Notes: a model not told the origin generated them from the letters alone. Shown: positions 1-11,704, numbered from the whole stretch's first letter. The stretch is 56,150 nucleotides of DNA, filler included, from Stramenopiles sp. TOSAG23-2 (GCA_900128395.1; 4 parts of 4 records of this genome joined end to end with filler, not necessarily neighbours in it); one strand, 5' to 3'. A program made the numbers and translations.

Positions 1-130
1 AAAAACAAACATTTTTACCTTTCGTATATTGCATAATACACATTGCTTGTGAATATATTCTTACGATACTTGATTGTGCTTACATATGCATTGACTCCAT
101 CAAAACTTTGAAACCCGCATACCCAAACAA

Positions 131-2284
131 ATGAACAATTGTAATAATACCCCCACTACTGCGAGCTTAGTTTATATTTTGCTTTCCGCGACAGGAATTG
201 CTTGTCAAATAATAAGACAGCGTGAAAAGAAGAAACAAATCAACTTAAATATCGGAAATTTTGGTTTAGATGAAATTTATTATGGTACGCTACCTGTATT
301 TTTTAAGTTTGCGAAAGGGAAGTTTGAAATGTTTGATTTAAAATTTTATAAATTGGATAGTGGTCTATCCATACGTGAAGGAGGTATTAAATACGCGCCA
401 AATACTATGAAAAGGTATAAGCCGATCAAAACGAGTAATGTAGCTAACAACAGTAACAGTTTCAAAAACCCGTTAACTTCAGTTGTTGTGATACCGTGTA
501 TGCCACGATTAGATGTTATTAAAATTCAGAAATGTGAAAAAAATGTCCATAAATGTAAGAATAACGTGACGAAAACTAATATAGAAGAAGAGCACAAAAA
601 TAGTCAAGTTTATAAGTCAAATGATACCACTAGAGCTAATATACAAAAAAATGGAACTTTATTCATTAATTCAATTAGAAATTTTTCTCAGCCATTGATA
701 AAAGTTAATCATCGGCATGCATCTGCATCAGTTACGCAAGCATTTGAAAAAGCATATGCCAGTGGTGTGCGTTCGGCAATAGTAAAAGTAAAGCAAATAA
801 TAAATAGCACAAGGCATGATGAGAGAAAAGTATGGTATAGACTAAAAGGTTGTGGAAATTACGATCAAGGTTTTGTGATTCAAAATAGTAGCAAATTGGT
901 GTATGATGAAAAAAGTAAGAAATACACCCAGGAGGAATATTCAGAAATTCGTGGATCAGCTTTTGTACACACTGCAATTTGTGAAAACTATGTTGGGTCA
1001 AAATTATTACCCCCGATGACCACATTGGGTGTAATCCCAGCTAATATTCCTCACGGATATTGGAAATATGAAGGAATAGATCAATTACCATTTGGCCGCG
1101 GAAAAGGCGATATCTTTCAAACAGCTTGTATCGTAGAACAAACATTAGGCGATCGTAGATTACATAGCCACTTATTAAGTGGGATATTTTTGCTTTTAAA
1201 TAAAATTGTTGATGCAAATGCAATATCAAGAGAAAACGTGCTAGCACTGTTTCCAAAATCTCGGCCCAAGGTTGATGATTGTAGTAATTATCCAGAAAGT
1301 ACAGCTAATTTTATCGGCGACGCCATGTTACTTACATCCTATAAATTTATAGGATCAGATGCGGATATTTGTAAAGCAAAAAATTTTGGCTATGTTTGGT
1401 CGGTACCACGAGATAGAAATTCAATTGCTAATGCAATACATTTTGATTTTCATGAGAAGTCACCATTGGATATACCTGATACTCAATGGAGTACGTTGCT
1501 ACACTCTAGTGATGAAGAAGAGGAAATTCCAATGGATAGTCGTTGGAACAAAAAGTGGGCAGAGATTTCATCTCGACTTGATAATAAGTTAAAAGAAATG
1601 AAATTAAAAAGTAACAGTCGCAGCGTGTTACCCTACTTATTTAGTAGATTGGGTTATGATTGTGGCAGATTTATGAGTGTGTTACATAATCGATGTAAAA
1701 CCAGTTGGGGCACATATCAAGATTCGTTATGTCATGAAGGGCAATGGCACTGTAATGCGCATTCCAACAATATGGTTGTTTTAGACCCTAGAAATGTAGC
1801 AAATGAAATGGCAAACGAGCACCATGCATTTCTTGGATATCTTGATTTAGACATGGCATTTACGCAAGATGAATACGTGAATTTAAAACATGGAGGCACA
1901 GTAGGAATTCCTGATGGTACTACAGTTGAAAAATTTGATGAATTATTAGATTATGAAAATATTAATTTTCAATCGACATTAACTGGACTTAGCAATAGCA
2001 GTGGTTTACGTGCACCTGCTATTTTAAAAAATGAGGAGCAGTGTTGGAAACATGAAAATATCGATGTTTTAAAATTATTGCGTATTGCACTGTATGATAC
2101 AATGGTTTTATCGTATAAAGAAGCATACGCTGAAGTAAAAGCGTCAATAAAAAAAGAAGTTGAAGAACAACGTTCAAAGGAAATAAATAATTATTCGTAT
2201 GCAAAATACGATCATGAATTGCATGATATAGCTAATGATATTATTGAATTGGCTTTAATTTACCAGTCGCGTTATGTAGCATGA
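131..2284 (+). CDS. Uncharacterised 717-aa protein with putative atypical protein-kinase-like (SelO-like) fold
   Basis: Long ORF with an N-terminal hydrophobic anchor followed by basic residues. Motifs RLKGCGN, IRG, HCNAHSNN (catalytic-loop-like) and LDLDMA (DFG-like) occur in kinase-fold order. The gene is well supported; the fold call is tentative. Confidence 0.6.
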   Translation: MNNCNNTPTTASLVYILLSATGIACQIIRQREKKKQINLNIGNFGLDEIYYGTLPVFFKFAKGKFEMFDLKFYKLDSGLSIREGGIKYAPNTMKRYKPIKTSNVANNSNSFKNPLTSVVVIPCMPRLDVIKIQKCEKNVHKCKNNVTKTNIEEEHKNSQVYKSNDTTRANIQKNGTLFINSIRNFSQPLIKVNHRHASASVTQAFEKAYASGVRSAIVKVKQIINSTRHDERKVWYRLKGCGNYDQGFVIQNSSKLVYDEKSKKYTQEEYSEIRGSAFVHTAICENYVGSKLLPPMTTLGVIPANIPHGYWKYEGIDQLPFGRGKGDIFQTACIVEQTLGDRRLHSHLLSGIFLLLNKIVDANAISRENVLALFPKSRPKVDDCSNYPESTANFIGDAMLLTSYKFIGSDADICKAKNFGYVWSVPRDRNSIANAIHFDFHEKSPLDIPDTQWSTLLHSSDEEEEIPMDSRWNKKWAEISSRLDNKLKEMKLKSNSRSVLPYLFSRLGYDCGRFMSVLHNRCKTSWGTYQDSLCHEGQWHCNAHSNNMVVLDPRNVANEMANEHHAFLGYLDLDMAFTQDEYVNLKHGGTVGIPDGTTVEKFDELLDYENINFQSTLTGLSNSSGLRAPAILKNEEQCWKHENIDVLKLLRIALYDTMVLSYKEAYAEVKASIKKEVEEQRSKEINNYSYAKYDHELHDIANDIIELALIYQSRYVA

Positions 2285-2418
2285 GAGTCAAATTAATGCG
2301 TAAATTAAAAAATATACGCGATACATATTTTAATACGATCAATATATCATACTCGTACGATTCGTATATACGGTTCGTATTATATTACTTCGTATATGAT
2401 TATCATACACGTCGAAAA

Positions 2419-4179
2419 TTAAATACAAATAATCCTACCTTCGACCTTCGGTTTAATACTGACGGCATGAACTTCAGTGGCCCATTTGTTCAAAACTCGC
2501 GCTGCTCGTTTTACAGAATGGTGCAACATGGTAGTAGCAGTATTTCTAACTTTGTATTTGTTTCCAAAATGCTCACGATTTAATTTGTTTAGAACTTCAA
2601 TTTTTTTGAAATAATTGCGGACCATTGTTGGCAATGGGCATATATTTTCTGCTTCTACTAATATTTTGCGGTTTAGAAACATCGTATAACCATCTTTACC
2701 TTTCAATAGATATTCTTTTGTGCAAACGGAATATATCTTCTTCATATCTATTGCTTCGCCATTTACCAATACACTACCTTGCACTACACGGCTCCCTTCC
2801 TTTTTATTAGGGTTGTATTCAAAAGCAACCCCGCTTACCTGGGAAAATCTACCTTCCAATCTTGGGTATTTTGACACGCTATTTTCGAGAGCTAACATGA
2901 CGTCTATTCCTTTCAATTCAATTATTGCTAACGGATCTGGCATAGGTAAAAGAGATATAAGATCTTTGATCGTATACGGGCCAGCGGGTACTATACAATC
3001 TGCTCGCAAGGTCCCGGAATTGATCATAATTATATCCGCATTTGTTTCCTCTTTTACTATGTCGCAGATCCAATTTCCAACATTTGTTTCTTCTGTGCGT
3101 ATTTTTGAGAACCGACATTCAAGATCAATATTTACTTCTCCAACAATCTTTTTCATTTTCTTTTCCAATACTTTGAAATAAGAATCAACAATTTTACCAG
3201 TTTTTTCATCTGGCTCAACTTTTGCAGTAACATCATACCGTTTAGTTGTTACTTCTATACTGCCATCGTCGTTAAATATTATATTTGCATCAGTTAATTG
3301 GCGAAAATCCGTGCCAGATTTTAATATCAATGTACCATACGGCTCAATTTTCTTTATTTCGTAATGATGATCATGGCCCGCCAATATAATATCAATATCT
3401 TCAACTTCCTTAGCTAATGTAATATCATTTGGTAAACGCATGTGGGTTAACGCAATAACAAGTTCAGCACCCTGCTTCTTCAATTCTTTTGATAGTCTTT
3501 TTCCCTCCACAACAAAATCGCGATAATCCAGATCGTCAGTGTTGACACATGACAACGTGGCCAACCACTCTTCTTCTACCAAACCAATAATACCAATTAA
3601 TCTACCTTCCCAACAACATAAACGCTTTACCAATCCACCAGCCAAAGGTATCTTTTTGTCTTGCTTGGTATATACGTTTGATAGTAACCAAGGGAAATGG
3701 CAACCTTCCATTAATTTTTTAAGCTGCACAAGCCCAAAATCAAAATCATGATTGCCCAATACTGCTGTATGTACTTTGCATTCATTTAATACAGGTACCA
3801 TTTGTTCCCCCCTCGTTGCTGTCGACATTGTTGATGGGTTAAAACCATCCCCACTGAAAAATACCAACGGTGGCAAACCAGTACTGCGTAACTTATTTAA
3901 CAATCCAACAAACCTTGCAGCTCCACCAACGGGCTCTCTATTACCTTCTTCAATGTTATAAACATCATTGAAATGTATTAAACGTATTATTTTTGCAACG
4001 TTTCCTTCTTTTCTAGCATTTTCGGCAGTTTTAATAGCTAGTGCAGATTCTTCATCTGAACCGGCAGCTGGTGAATATGATTCATTTAAACCAATATTAT
4101 TACGTTTCCGATACTTCCGATACATAAAATAGATCTGCGTCAAACTAGTAGCTGCTAAAAAAATATAATTATTATCCAT
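2419..4179 (-). CDS. 5'-nucleotidase / UDP-sugar hydrolase family (metallophosphoesterase + 5'-nucleotidase C-terminal domain)
   Basis: Motifs HFNDVY, SGDGF, GNHDFD, LTHM, GHDH, INSGTLR and GRFSQVSG. Start moved from the TTG at 4203 to the first ATG (MDNNY, 4179). Confidence 0.93.
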   Translation of the reverse strand: MDNNYIFLAATSLTQIYFMYRKYRKRNNIGLNESYSPAAGSDEESALAIKTAENARKEGNVAKIIRLIHFNDVYNIEEGNREPVGGAARFVGLLNKLRSTGLPPLVFFSGDGFNPSTMSTATRGEQMVPVLNECKVHTAVLGNHDFDFGLVQLKKLMEGCHFPWLLSNVYTKQDKKIPLAGGLVKRLCCWEGRLIGIIGLVEEEWLATLSCVNTDDLDYRDFVVEGKRLSKELKKQGAELVIALTHMRLPNDITLAKEVEDIDIILAGHDHHYEIKKIEPYGTLILKSGTDFRQLTDANIIFNDDGSIEVTTKRYDVTAKVEPDEKTGKIVDSYFKVLEKKMKKIVGEVNIDLECRFSKIRTEETNVGNWICDIVKEETNADIIMINSGTLRADCIVPAGPYTIKDLISLLPMPDPLAIIELKGIDVMLALENSVSKYPRLEGRFSQVSGVAFEYNPNKKEGSRVVQGSVLVNGEAIDMKKIYSVCTKEYLLKGKDGYTMFLNRKILVEAENICPLPTMVRNYFKKIEVLNKLNREHFGNKYKVRNTATTMLHHSVKRAARVLNKWATEVHAVSIKPKVEGRIICI

Positions 4180-4809
4180 TATATAGATGCAAACATACAC
4201 CAAAAATTACTTGCCTTTTATAAAACTTGTTGCATTAATTATGGTGGAGAGACAACAGAAAAAGGATGAGGAAGATAAGCAGTAAATAAATTCTCCCGCA
4301 TACCTTGTGCATGTGATGCGTTTATATATTTACTAAGCTTTACTTTATGTGTGTAAACTGGTAGACATGTACATGCAGTATTAATTTCATTATTAAAATT
4401 AATAAAATTATATATATTCAATATATATGTACACGTATATTATAATTTCATAATTTTTTCTCCTTAATAAAATAAGCCCTTTTATTTTTTACATGTAACA
4501 AGGTAAAGGTGCACACCTGCCAGCCTGCACAACAAAAATTTGCTAAAAAAAATTTGCTAAAATTCACTCTCGTTTTAGTTTGATTTTTTACAAAAAATGC
4601 TCTGTAAACTTGCAAGACTAAGATCCTATGTAAAATAGTTGAAAAAGTGTCAAACCACGAAAAAGGTGCTTGCATACCTATTTTATTTATTACCTGGTAA
4701 TCTCTAGAATTAAGAAGTATTTATCTAAATGTTAATGTGGTGGATATGCAGCAAAAAAGAAAGCAAAATGACAAAAAATTACAGAAATATAGCATAGTTA
4801 GTAAATAAA

Positions 4810-6162
4810 ATGCCATATTTTATTGTTCCATTTCTTATATTTGTGTTCTTCATTAGTAATGTATGTAAAGTAAATGTTTATAGTAAAACCATTGATCCAA
4901 GCCCTTTAAAATTTGAGCAAGCACGAAGATTAGCAATAAATCGTTTAGAATATTGTACAAGTAATAGGGAATGTCGTCAGAAAAATTTCAATGATATATT
5001 GAGTGGGTGGTGGAATTTAGGAACGTTTTCGCAAAACTATAAAACCAGTATTAAAATAATGTATTCTAGTGCTATAAAAAATGGAATACTGTCTCGTTTG
5101 AAAGATAGTAACCTTTGTGCACTACAAGGACAACCAAATTGTTTAATTCACTATGTATATAATATGTTTAATGCAAAGCGTTATAATGTTCAATATAGCG
5201 ATAAACTGTCTTTAAATTTATTCGGTCTTAAAGATCAAATTATCTTACAACTGAATCGCATGGCGCCGTGGAATTCTCAAAGCAATAGAATACACCAGAT
5301 ATTGAAACCAGATGCGCATACACTTGATTTTTTATTAGTATTTACTTGGGCTTCCTTTCGAGTAGGTTTGAACTTAGGTGATGGCTGGAACGTAAAGGAT
5401 ATGTTGAATTGGCTTTCTGTTTTACAACCGTATCCTATTCCACATACATCCTTGGAATACCATGAGTATGAAATTACACGAAGTTTAACCTTTGCAATTT
5501 TACATGCAATTTATGTGACTGGTGAGTTTGGGTTGGCATCTGTTTCTGTAATGGATACTTTTTCTGCTGAATATGAATATTTAAAAAGTGCATTTATTGC
5601 TGCAAATTTTTTTCATGATTTTGAAATCATGGGAGAAATTATCGATGTTTTCGATGTTGCAGGAGTGAAGCGGAATTATAAAAATGTTGAAAAATTGATA
5701 AATTTTCAAAACATAAAAAACGTTAATATTGGGGGTAAAAAACAAGGTTTAGGTACGTGGGGTACAACGTTTCAAGATATCAACAATATCCATCAACATT
5801 ATGTATGCACCCTGGCTTTATTTGAACGTAAAGAGGAACGATTTAAAAAAAATCGTTTTGACAAACTCTGGTCAAATAAAAAATATTGGGATCTGGTGAA
5901 ACATGTGTATTTTCCTCATCTTTTTATTGATGAAGGATCAGATAAAACAAATATCAGTCGTCCTAATGGAAATCGGCGTGTTGAATTAGATATAATCACT
6001 ACTTCTAATAAACCCATGTCACATCCATATGCAAATTTTCCATACAAACTGCTGCTACCAGCCTTAACTGCTTTGTTGTCATCTGTAATTGTTGTAATAA
6101 TTTGCATTAGATTTTATTGGAAAAAAACTGTGCAGCCTTTATTATTGCGAAAAGATGTGTGA
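4810..6162 (+). CDS. Secreted/type I membrane protein, 450 aa, possible DUF6895-like helical domain
   Basis: Signal peptide, C-terminal TM helix (LLLPALTALLSSVIVVIICI) and short basic tail. The segment FAILHAIYVTGEFG...EYEYL...DFEIMGEIIDVF resembles DUF6895 as I recall it. Confidence 0.6.
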   Translation: MPYFIVPFLIFVFFISNVCKVNVYSKTIDPSPLKFEQARRLAINRLEYCTSNRECRQKNFNDILSGWWNLGTFSQNYKTSIKIMYSSAIKNGILSRLKDSNLCALQGQPNCLIHYVYNMFNAKRYNVQYSDKLSLNLFGLKDQIILQLNRMAPWNSQSNRIHQILKPDAHTLDFLLVFTWASFRVGLNLGDGWNVKDMLNWLSVLQPYPIPHTSLEYHEYEITRSLTFAILHAIYVTGEFGLASVSVMDTFSAEYEYLKSAFIAANFFHDFEIMGEIIDVFDVAGVKRNYKNVEKLINFQNIKNVNIGGKKQGLGTWGTTFQDINNIHQHYVCTLALFERKEERFKKNRFDKLWSNKKYWDLVKHVYFPHLFIDEGSDKTNISRPNGNRRVELDIITTSNKPMSHPYANFPYKLLLPALTALLSSVIVVIICIRFYWKKTVQPLLLRKDV

Positions 6163-6977
6163 AAAAATATGATGTGTATATATCAAATATGTATAATCAT
6201 CAATGCATTACGAAGTTTGTAAAAATGAAACATTCGCACGATGTATGAATTGGTATGATATCGTATATCACATGTATTTGGATACGAGTATATATATAAT
6301 TTATAATACATATATATATATATATATATATATGTCATATATACATTATACATGTATTTGATTAATACGTATTATATACGGCGTTCATGGTGGACAACTT
6401 AATTTTCTATGAACGCCAAACGGTAGATTCGAGATATTAATAAACATTCCCCACCGGTTGGGGTATTGTTTTTAAAAACAAATACATCATAGTAGTAAAA
6501 TACAGAAAGAAATTCGTAGAAAGTAAAAAACGAAAAATTGTTTATATACACAGAAAGTGAAATGACACCAAATAGTGAAGTTGTACACATGTTTTTATAA
6601 AGTGTAATAAAGTGTAATCCATCACACAATAAAAATCAAAATTTCAGACACGTTTTCACTCCAGAATGCGAAAATTTTGTTGATATGACATATAAACCGA
6701 AATCTATGTTTCATAAGTATAATACAGGTACGGAGTAGTTTAAAATACTAAATATTTATTTACCTAAAATAGCTACAAGGCTCAAGGCTCTAATATAAAA
6801 AAGTTTTATTACGACCTCGTGTAGTTATTTATCACCCGAAAAAGGTCACTCCTCTCAAATTTTATATGATATTACAGGATATATCACCGTATTTCATTTC
6901 TTAATACGAGTATGCATGTATAAATATGTATGTATCAGATTGTACATCATATACGAGTAGTATTTTATATTATGTGC

Positions 6978-6978
<1 letters not shown>

Positions 6979-7010
<32 letters not shown>
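6979..7010. repeat. (TA)16 microsatellite at the palindrome axis
   Basis: 32 bp of alternating TA, self-complementary and centred exactly on 6994/6995. Confidence 0.97.
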
Positions 7011-7011
<1 letters not shown>

Positions 7012-7826
7012 GCACATAATATAAAATACTACTCGTATATGATGTACAATCTGATACATACATATTTATACATGCATACTCGTATTAAGAAATGAAATAC
7101 GGTGATATATCCTGTAATATCATATAAAATTTGAGAGGAGTGACCTTTTTCGGGTGATAAATAACTACACGAGGTCGTAATAAAACTTTTTTATATTAGA
7201 GCCTTGAGCCTTGTAGCTATTTTAGGTAAATAAATATTTAGTATTTTAAACTACTCCGTACCTGTATTATACTTATGAAACATAGATTTCGGTTTATATG
7301 TCATATCAACAAAATTTTCGCATTCTGGAGTGAAAACGTGTCTGAAATTTTGATTTTTATTGTGTGATGGATTACACTTTATTACACTTTATAAAAACAT
7401 GTGTACAACTTCACTATTTGGTGTCATTTCACTTTCTGTGTATATAAACAATTTTTCGTTTTTTACTTTCTACGAATTTCTTTCTGTATTTTACTACTAT
7501 GATGTATTTGTTTTTAAAAACAATACCCCAACCGGTGGGGAATGTTTATTAATATCTCGAATCTACCGTTTGGCGTTCATAGAAAATTAAGTTGTCCACC
7601 ATGAACGCCGTATATAATACGTATTAATCAAATACATGTATAATGTATATATGACATATATATATATATATATATATATGTATTATAAATTATATATATA
7701 CTCGTATCCAAATACATGTGATATACGATATCATACCAATTCATACATCGTGCGAATGTTTCATTTTTACAAACTTCGTAATGCATTGATGATTATACAT
7801 ATTTGATATATACACATCATATTTTT

Positions 7827-9179
7827 TCACACATCTTTTCGCAATAATAAAGGCTGCACAGTTTTTTTCCAATAAAATCTAATGCAAATTATTACAACAA
7901 TTACAGATGACAACAAAGCAGTTAAGGCTGGTAGCAGCAGTTTGTATGGAAAATTTGCATATGGATGTGACATGGGTTTATTAGAAGTAGTGATTATATC
8001 TAATTCAACACGCCGATTTCCATTAGGACGACTGATATTTGTTTTATCTGATCCTTCATCAATAAAAAGATGAGGAAAATACACATGTTTCACCAGATCC
8101 CAATATTTTTTATTTGACCAGAGTTTGTCAAAACGATTTTTTTTAAATCGTTCCTCTTTACGTTCAAATAAAGCCAGGGTGCATACATAATGTTGATGGA
8201 TATTGTTGATATCTTGAAACGTTGTACCCCACGTACCTAAACCTTGTTTTTTACCCCCAATATTAACGTTTTTTATGTTTTGAAAATTTATCAATTTTTC
8301 AACATTTTTATAATTCCGCTTCACTCCTGCAACATCGAAAACATCGATAATTTCTCCCATGATTTCAAAATCATGAAAAAAATTTGCAGCAATAAATGCA
8401 CTTTTTAAATATTCATATTCAGCAGAAAAAGTATCCATTACAGAAACAGATGCCAACCCAAACTCACCAGTCACATAAATTGCATGTAAAATTGCAAAGG
8501 TTAAACTTCGTGTAATTTCATACTCATGGTATTCCAAGGATGTATGTGGAATAGGATACGGTTGTAAAACAGAAAGCCAATTCAACATATCCTTTACGTT
8601 CCAGCCATCACCTAAGTTCAAACCTACTCGAAAGGAAGCCCAAGTAAATACTAATAAAAAATCAAGTGTATGCGCATCTGGTTTCAATATCTGGTGTATT
8701 CTATTGCTTTGAGAATTCCACGGCGCCATGCGATTCAGTTGTAAGATAATTTGATCTTTAAGACCGAATAAATTTAAAGACAGTTTATCGCTATATTGAA
8801 CATTATAACGCTTTGCATTAAACATATTATATACATAGTGAATTAAACAATTTGGTTGTCCTTGTAGTGCACAAAGGTTACTATCTTTCAAACGAGACAG
8901 TATTCCATTTTTTATAGCACTAGAATACATTATTTTAATACTGGTTTTATAGTTTTGCGAAAACGTTCCTAAATTCCACCACCCACTCAATATATCATTG
9001 AAATTTTTCTGACGACATTCCCTATTACTTGTACAATATTCTAAACGATTTATTGCTAATCTTCGTGCTTGCTCAAATTTTAAAGGGCTTGGATCAATGG
9101 TTTTACTATAAACATTTACTTTACATACATTACTAATGAAGAACACAAATATAAGAAATGGAACAATAAAATATGGCAT
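7827..9179 (-). CDS. Mirror copy of the 450-aa type I membrane protein
   Basis: Identical translation to 4810..6162. Confidence 0.6.
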   Translation of the reverse strand: MPYFIVPFLIFVFFISNVCKVNVYSKTIDPSPLKFEQARRLAINRLEYCTSNRECRQKNFNDILSGWWNLGTFSQNYKTSIKIMYSSAIKNGILSRLKDSNLCALQGQPNCLIHYVYNMFNAKRYNVQYSDKLSLNLFGLKDQIILQLNRMAPWNSQSNRIHQILKPDAHTLDFLLVFTWASFRVGLNLGDGWNVKDMLNWLSVLQPYPIPHTSLEYHEYEITRSLTFAILHAIYVTGEFGLASVSVMDTFSAEYEYLKSAFIAANFFHDFEIMGEIIDVFDVAGVKRNYKNVEKLINFQNIKNVNIGGKKQGLGTWGTTFQDINNIHQHYVCTLALFERKEERFKKNRFDKLWSNKKYWDLVKHVYFPHLFIDEGSDKTNISRPNGNRRVELDIITTSNKPMSHPYANFPYKLLLPALTALLSSVIVVIICIRFYWKKTVQPLLLRKDV

Positions 9180-9809
9180 TTTATTTACTAACTATGCTAT
9201 ATTTCTGTAATTTTTTGTCATTTTGCTTTCTTTTTTGCTGCATATCCACCACATTAACATTTAGATAAATACTTCTTAATTCTAGAGATTACCAGGTAAT
9301 AAATAAAATAGGTATGCAAGCACCTTTTTCGTGGTTTGACACTTTTTCAACTATTTTACATAGGATCTTAGTCTTGCAAGTTTACAGAGCATTTTTTGTA
9401 AAAAATCAAACTAAAACGAGAGTGAATTTTAGCAAATTTTTTTTAGCAAATTTTTGTTGTGCAGGCTGGCAGGTGTGCACCTTTACCTTGTTACATGTAA
9501 AAAATAAAAGGGCTTATTTTATTAAGGAGAAAAAATTATGAAATTATAATATACGTGTACATATATATTGAATATATATAATTTTATTAATTTTAATAAT
9601 GAAATTAATACTGCATGTACATGTCTACCAGTTTACACACATAAAGTAAAGCTTAGTAAATATATAAACGCATCACATGCACAAGGTATGCGGGAGAATT
9701 TATTTACTGCTTATCTTCCTCATCCTTTTTCTGTTGTCTCTCCACCATAATTAATGCAACAAGTTTTATAAAAGGCAAGTAATTTTTGGTGTATGTTTGC
9801 ATCTATATA

Positions 9810-11570
9810 ATGGATAATAATTATATTTTTTTAGCAGCTACTAGTTTGACGCAGATCTATTTTATGTATCGGAAGTATCGGAAACGTAATAATATTGGTT
9901 TAAATGAATCATATTCACCAGCTGCCGGTTCAGATGAAGAATCTGCACTAGCTATTAAAACTGCCGAAAATGCTAGAAAAGAAGGAAACGTTGCAAAAAT
10001 AATACGTTTAATACATTTCAATGATGTTTATAACATTGAAGAAGGTAATAGAGAGCCCGTTGGTGGAGCTGCAAGGTTTGTTGGATTGTTAAATAAGTTA
10101 CGCAGTACTGGTTTGCCACCGTTGGTATTTTTCAGTGGGGATGGTTTTAACCCATCAACAATGTCGACAGCAACGAGGGGGGAACAAATGGTACCTGTAT
10201 TAAATGAATGCAAAGTACATACAGCAGTATTGGGCAATCATGATTTTGATTTTGGGCTTGTGCAGCTTAAAAAATTAATGGAAGGTTGCCATTTCCCTTG
10301 GTTACTATCAAACGTATATACCAAGCAAGACAAAAAGATACCTTTGGCTGGTGGATTGGTAAAGCGTTTATGTTGTTGGGAAGGTAGATTAATTGGTATT
10401 ATTGGTTTGGTAGAAGAAGAGTGGTTGGCCACGTTGTCATGTGTCAACACTGACGATCTGGATTATCGCGATTTTGTTGTGGAGGGAAAAAGACTATCAA
10501 AAGAATTGAAGAAGCAGGGTGCTGAACTTGTTATTGCGTTAACCCACATGCGTTTACCAAATGATATTACATTAGCTAAGGAAGTTGAAGATATTGATAT
10601 TATATTGGCGGGCCATGATCATCATTACGAAATAAAGAAAATTGAGCCGTATGGTACATTGATATTAAAATCTGGCACGGATTTTCGCCAATTAACTGAT
10701 GCAAATATAATATTTAACGACGATGGCAGTATAGAAGTAACAACTAAACGGTATGATGTTACTGCAAAAGTTGAGCCAGATGAAAAAACTGGTAAAATTG
10801 TTGATTCTTATTTCAAAGTATTGGAAAAGAAAATGAAAAAGATTGTTGGAGAAGTAAATATTGATCTTGAATGTCGGTTCTCAAAAATACGCACAGAAGA
10901 AACAAATGTTGGAAATTGGATCTGCGACATAGTAAAAGAGGAAACAAATGCGGATATAATTATGATCAATTCCGGGACCTTGCGAGCAGATTGTATAGTA
11001 CCCGCTGGCCCGTATACGATCAAAGATCTTATATCTCTTTTACCTATGCCAGATCCGTTAGCAATAATTGAATTGAAAGGAATAGACGTCATGTTAGCTC
11101 TCGAAAATAGCGTGTCAAAATACCCAAGATTGGAAGGTAGATTTTCCCAGGTAAGCGGGGTTGCTTTTGAATACAACCCTAATAAAAAGGAAGGGAGCCG
11201 TGTAGTGCAAGGTAGTGTATTGGTAAATGGCGAAGCAATAGATATGAAGAAGATATATTCCGTTTGCACAAAAGAATATCTATTGAAAGGTAAAGATGGT
11301 TATACGATGTTTCTAAACCGCAAAATATTAGTAGAAGCAGAAAATATATGCCCATTGCCAACAATGGTCCGCAATTATTTCAAAAAAATTGAAGTTCTAA
11401 ACAAATTAAATCGTGAGCATTTTGGAAACAAATACAAAGTTAGAAATACTGCTACTACCATGTTGCACCATTCTGTAAAACGAGCAGCGCGAGTTTTGAA
11501 CAAATGGGCCACTGAAGTTCATGCCGTCAGTATTAAACCGAAGGTCGAAGGTAGGATTATTTGTATTTAA
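9810..11570 (+). CDS. Mirror copy of the 5'-nucleotidase
   Basis: Identical translation to 2419..4179; ATG at 9810. Confidence 0.9.
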   Translation: MDNNYIFLAATSLTQIYFMYRKYRKRNNIGLNESYSPAAGSDEESALAIKTAENARKEGNVAKIIRLIHFNDVYNIEEGNREPVGGAARFVGLLNKLRSTGLPPLVFFSGDGFNPSTMSTATRGEQMVPVLNECKVHTAVLGNHDFDFGLVQLKKLMEGCHFPWLLSNVYTKQDKKIPLAGGLVKRLCCWEGRLIGIIGLVEEEWLATLSCVNTDDLDYRDFVVEGKRLSKELKKQGAELVIALTHMRLPNDITLAKEVEDIDIILAGHDHHYEIKKIEPYGTLILKSGTDFRQLTDANIIFNDDGSIEVTTKRYDVTAKVEPDEKTGKIVDSYFKVLEKKMKKIVGEVNIDLECRFSKIRTEETNVGNWICDIVKEETNADIIMINSGTLRADCIVPAGPYTIKDLISLLPMPDPLAIIELKGIDVMLALENSVSKYPRLEGRFSQVSGVAFEYNPNKKEGSRVVQGSVLVNGEAIDMKKIYSVCTKEYLLKGKDGYTMFLNRKILVEAENICPLPTMVRNYFKKIEVLNKLNREHFGNKYKVRNTATTMLHHSVKRAARVLNKWATEVHAVSIKPKVEGRIICI

Positions 11571-11704
11571 TTTTCGACGTGTATGATAATCATATACGAA
11601 GTAATATAATACGAACCGTATATACGAATCGTACGAGTATGATATATTGATCGTATTAAAATATGTATCGCGTATATTTTTTAATTTACGCATTAATTTG
11701 ACTC

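Noticed and set aside
131..6162. Kinase-like protein + nucleotidase + membrane protein as a dedicated nucleotide-signalling system
   Set aside because: The orientations are mixed, and the apparent co-duplication is explained by the palindrome. There is no independent support.
6399..7590. 76-aa ORFs flanking the palindrome axis as a replication or resolvase gene
   Set aside because: Non-ATG start, low-complexity AT-rich translation and no recognisable motif. No protelomerase or Rep gene is present in the contig.
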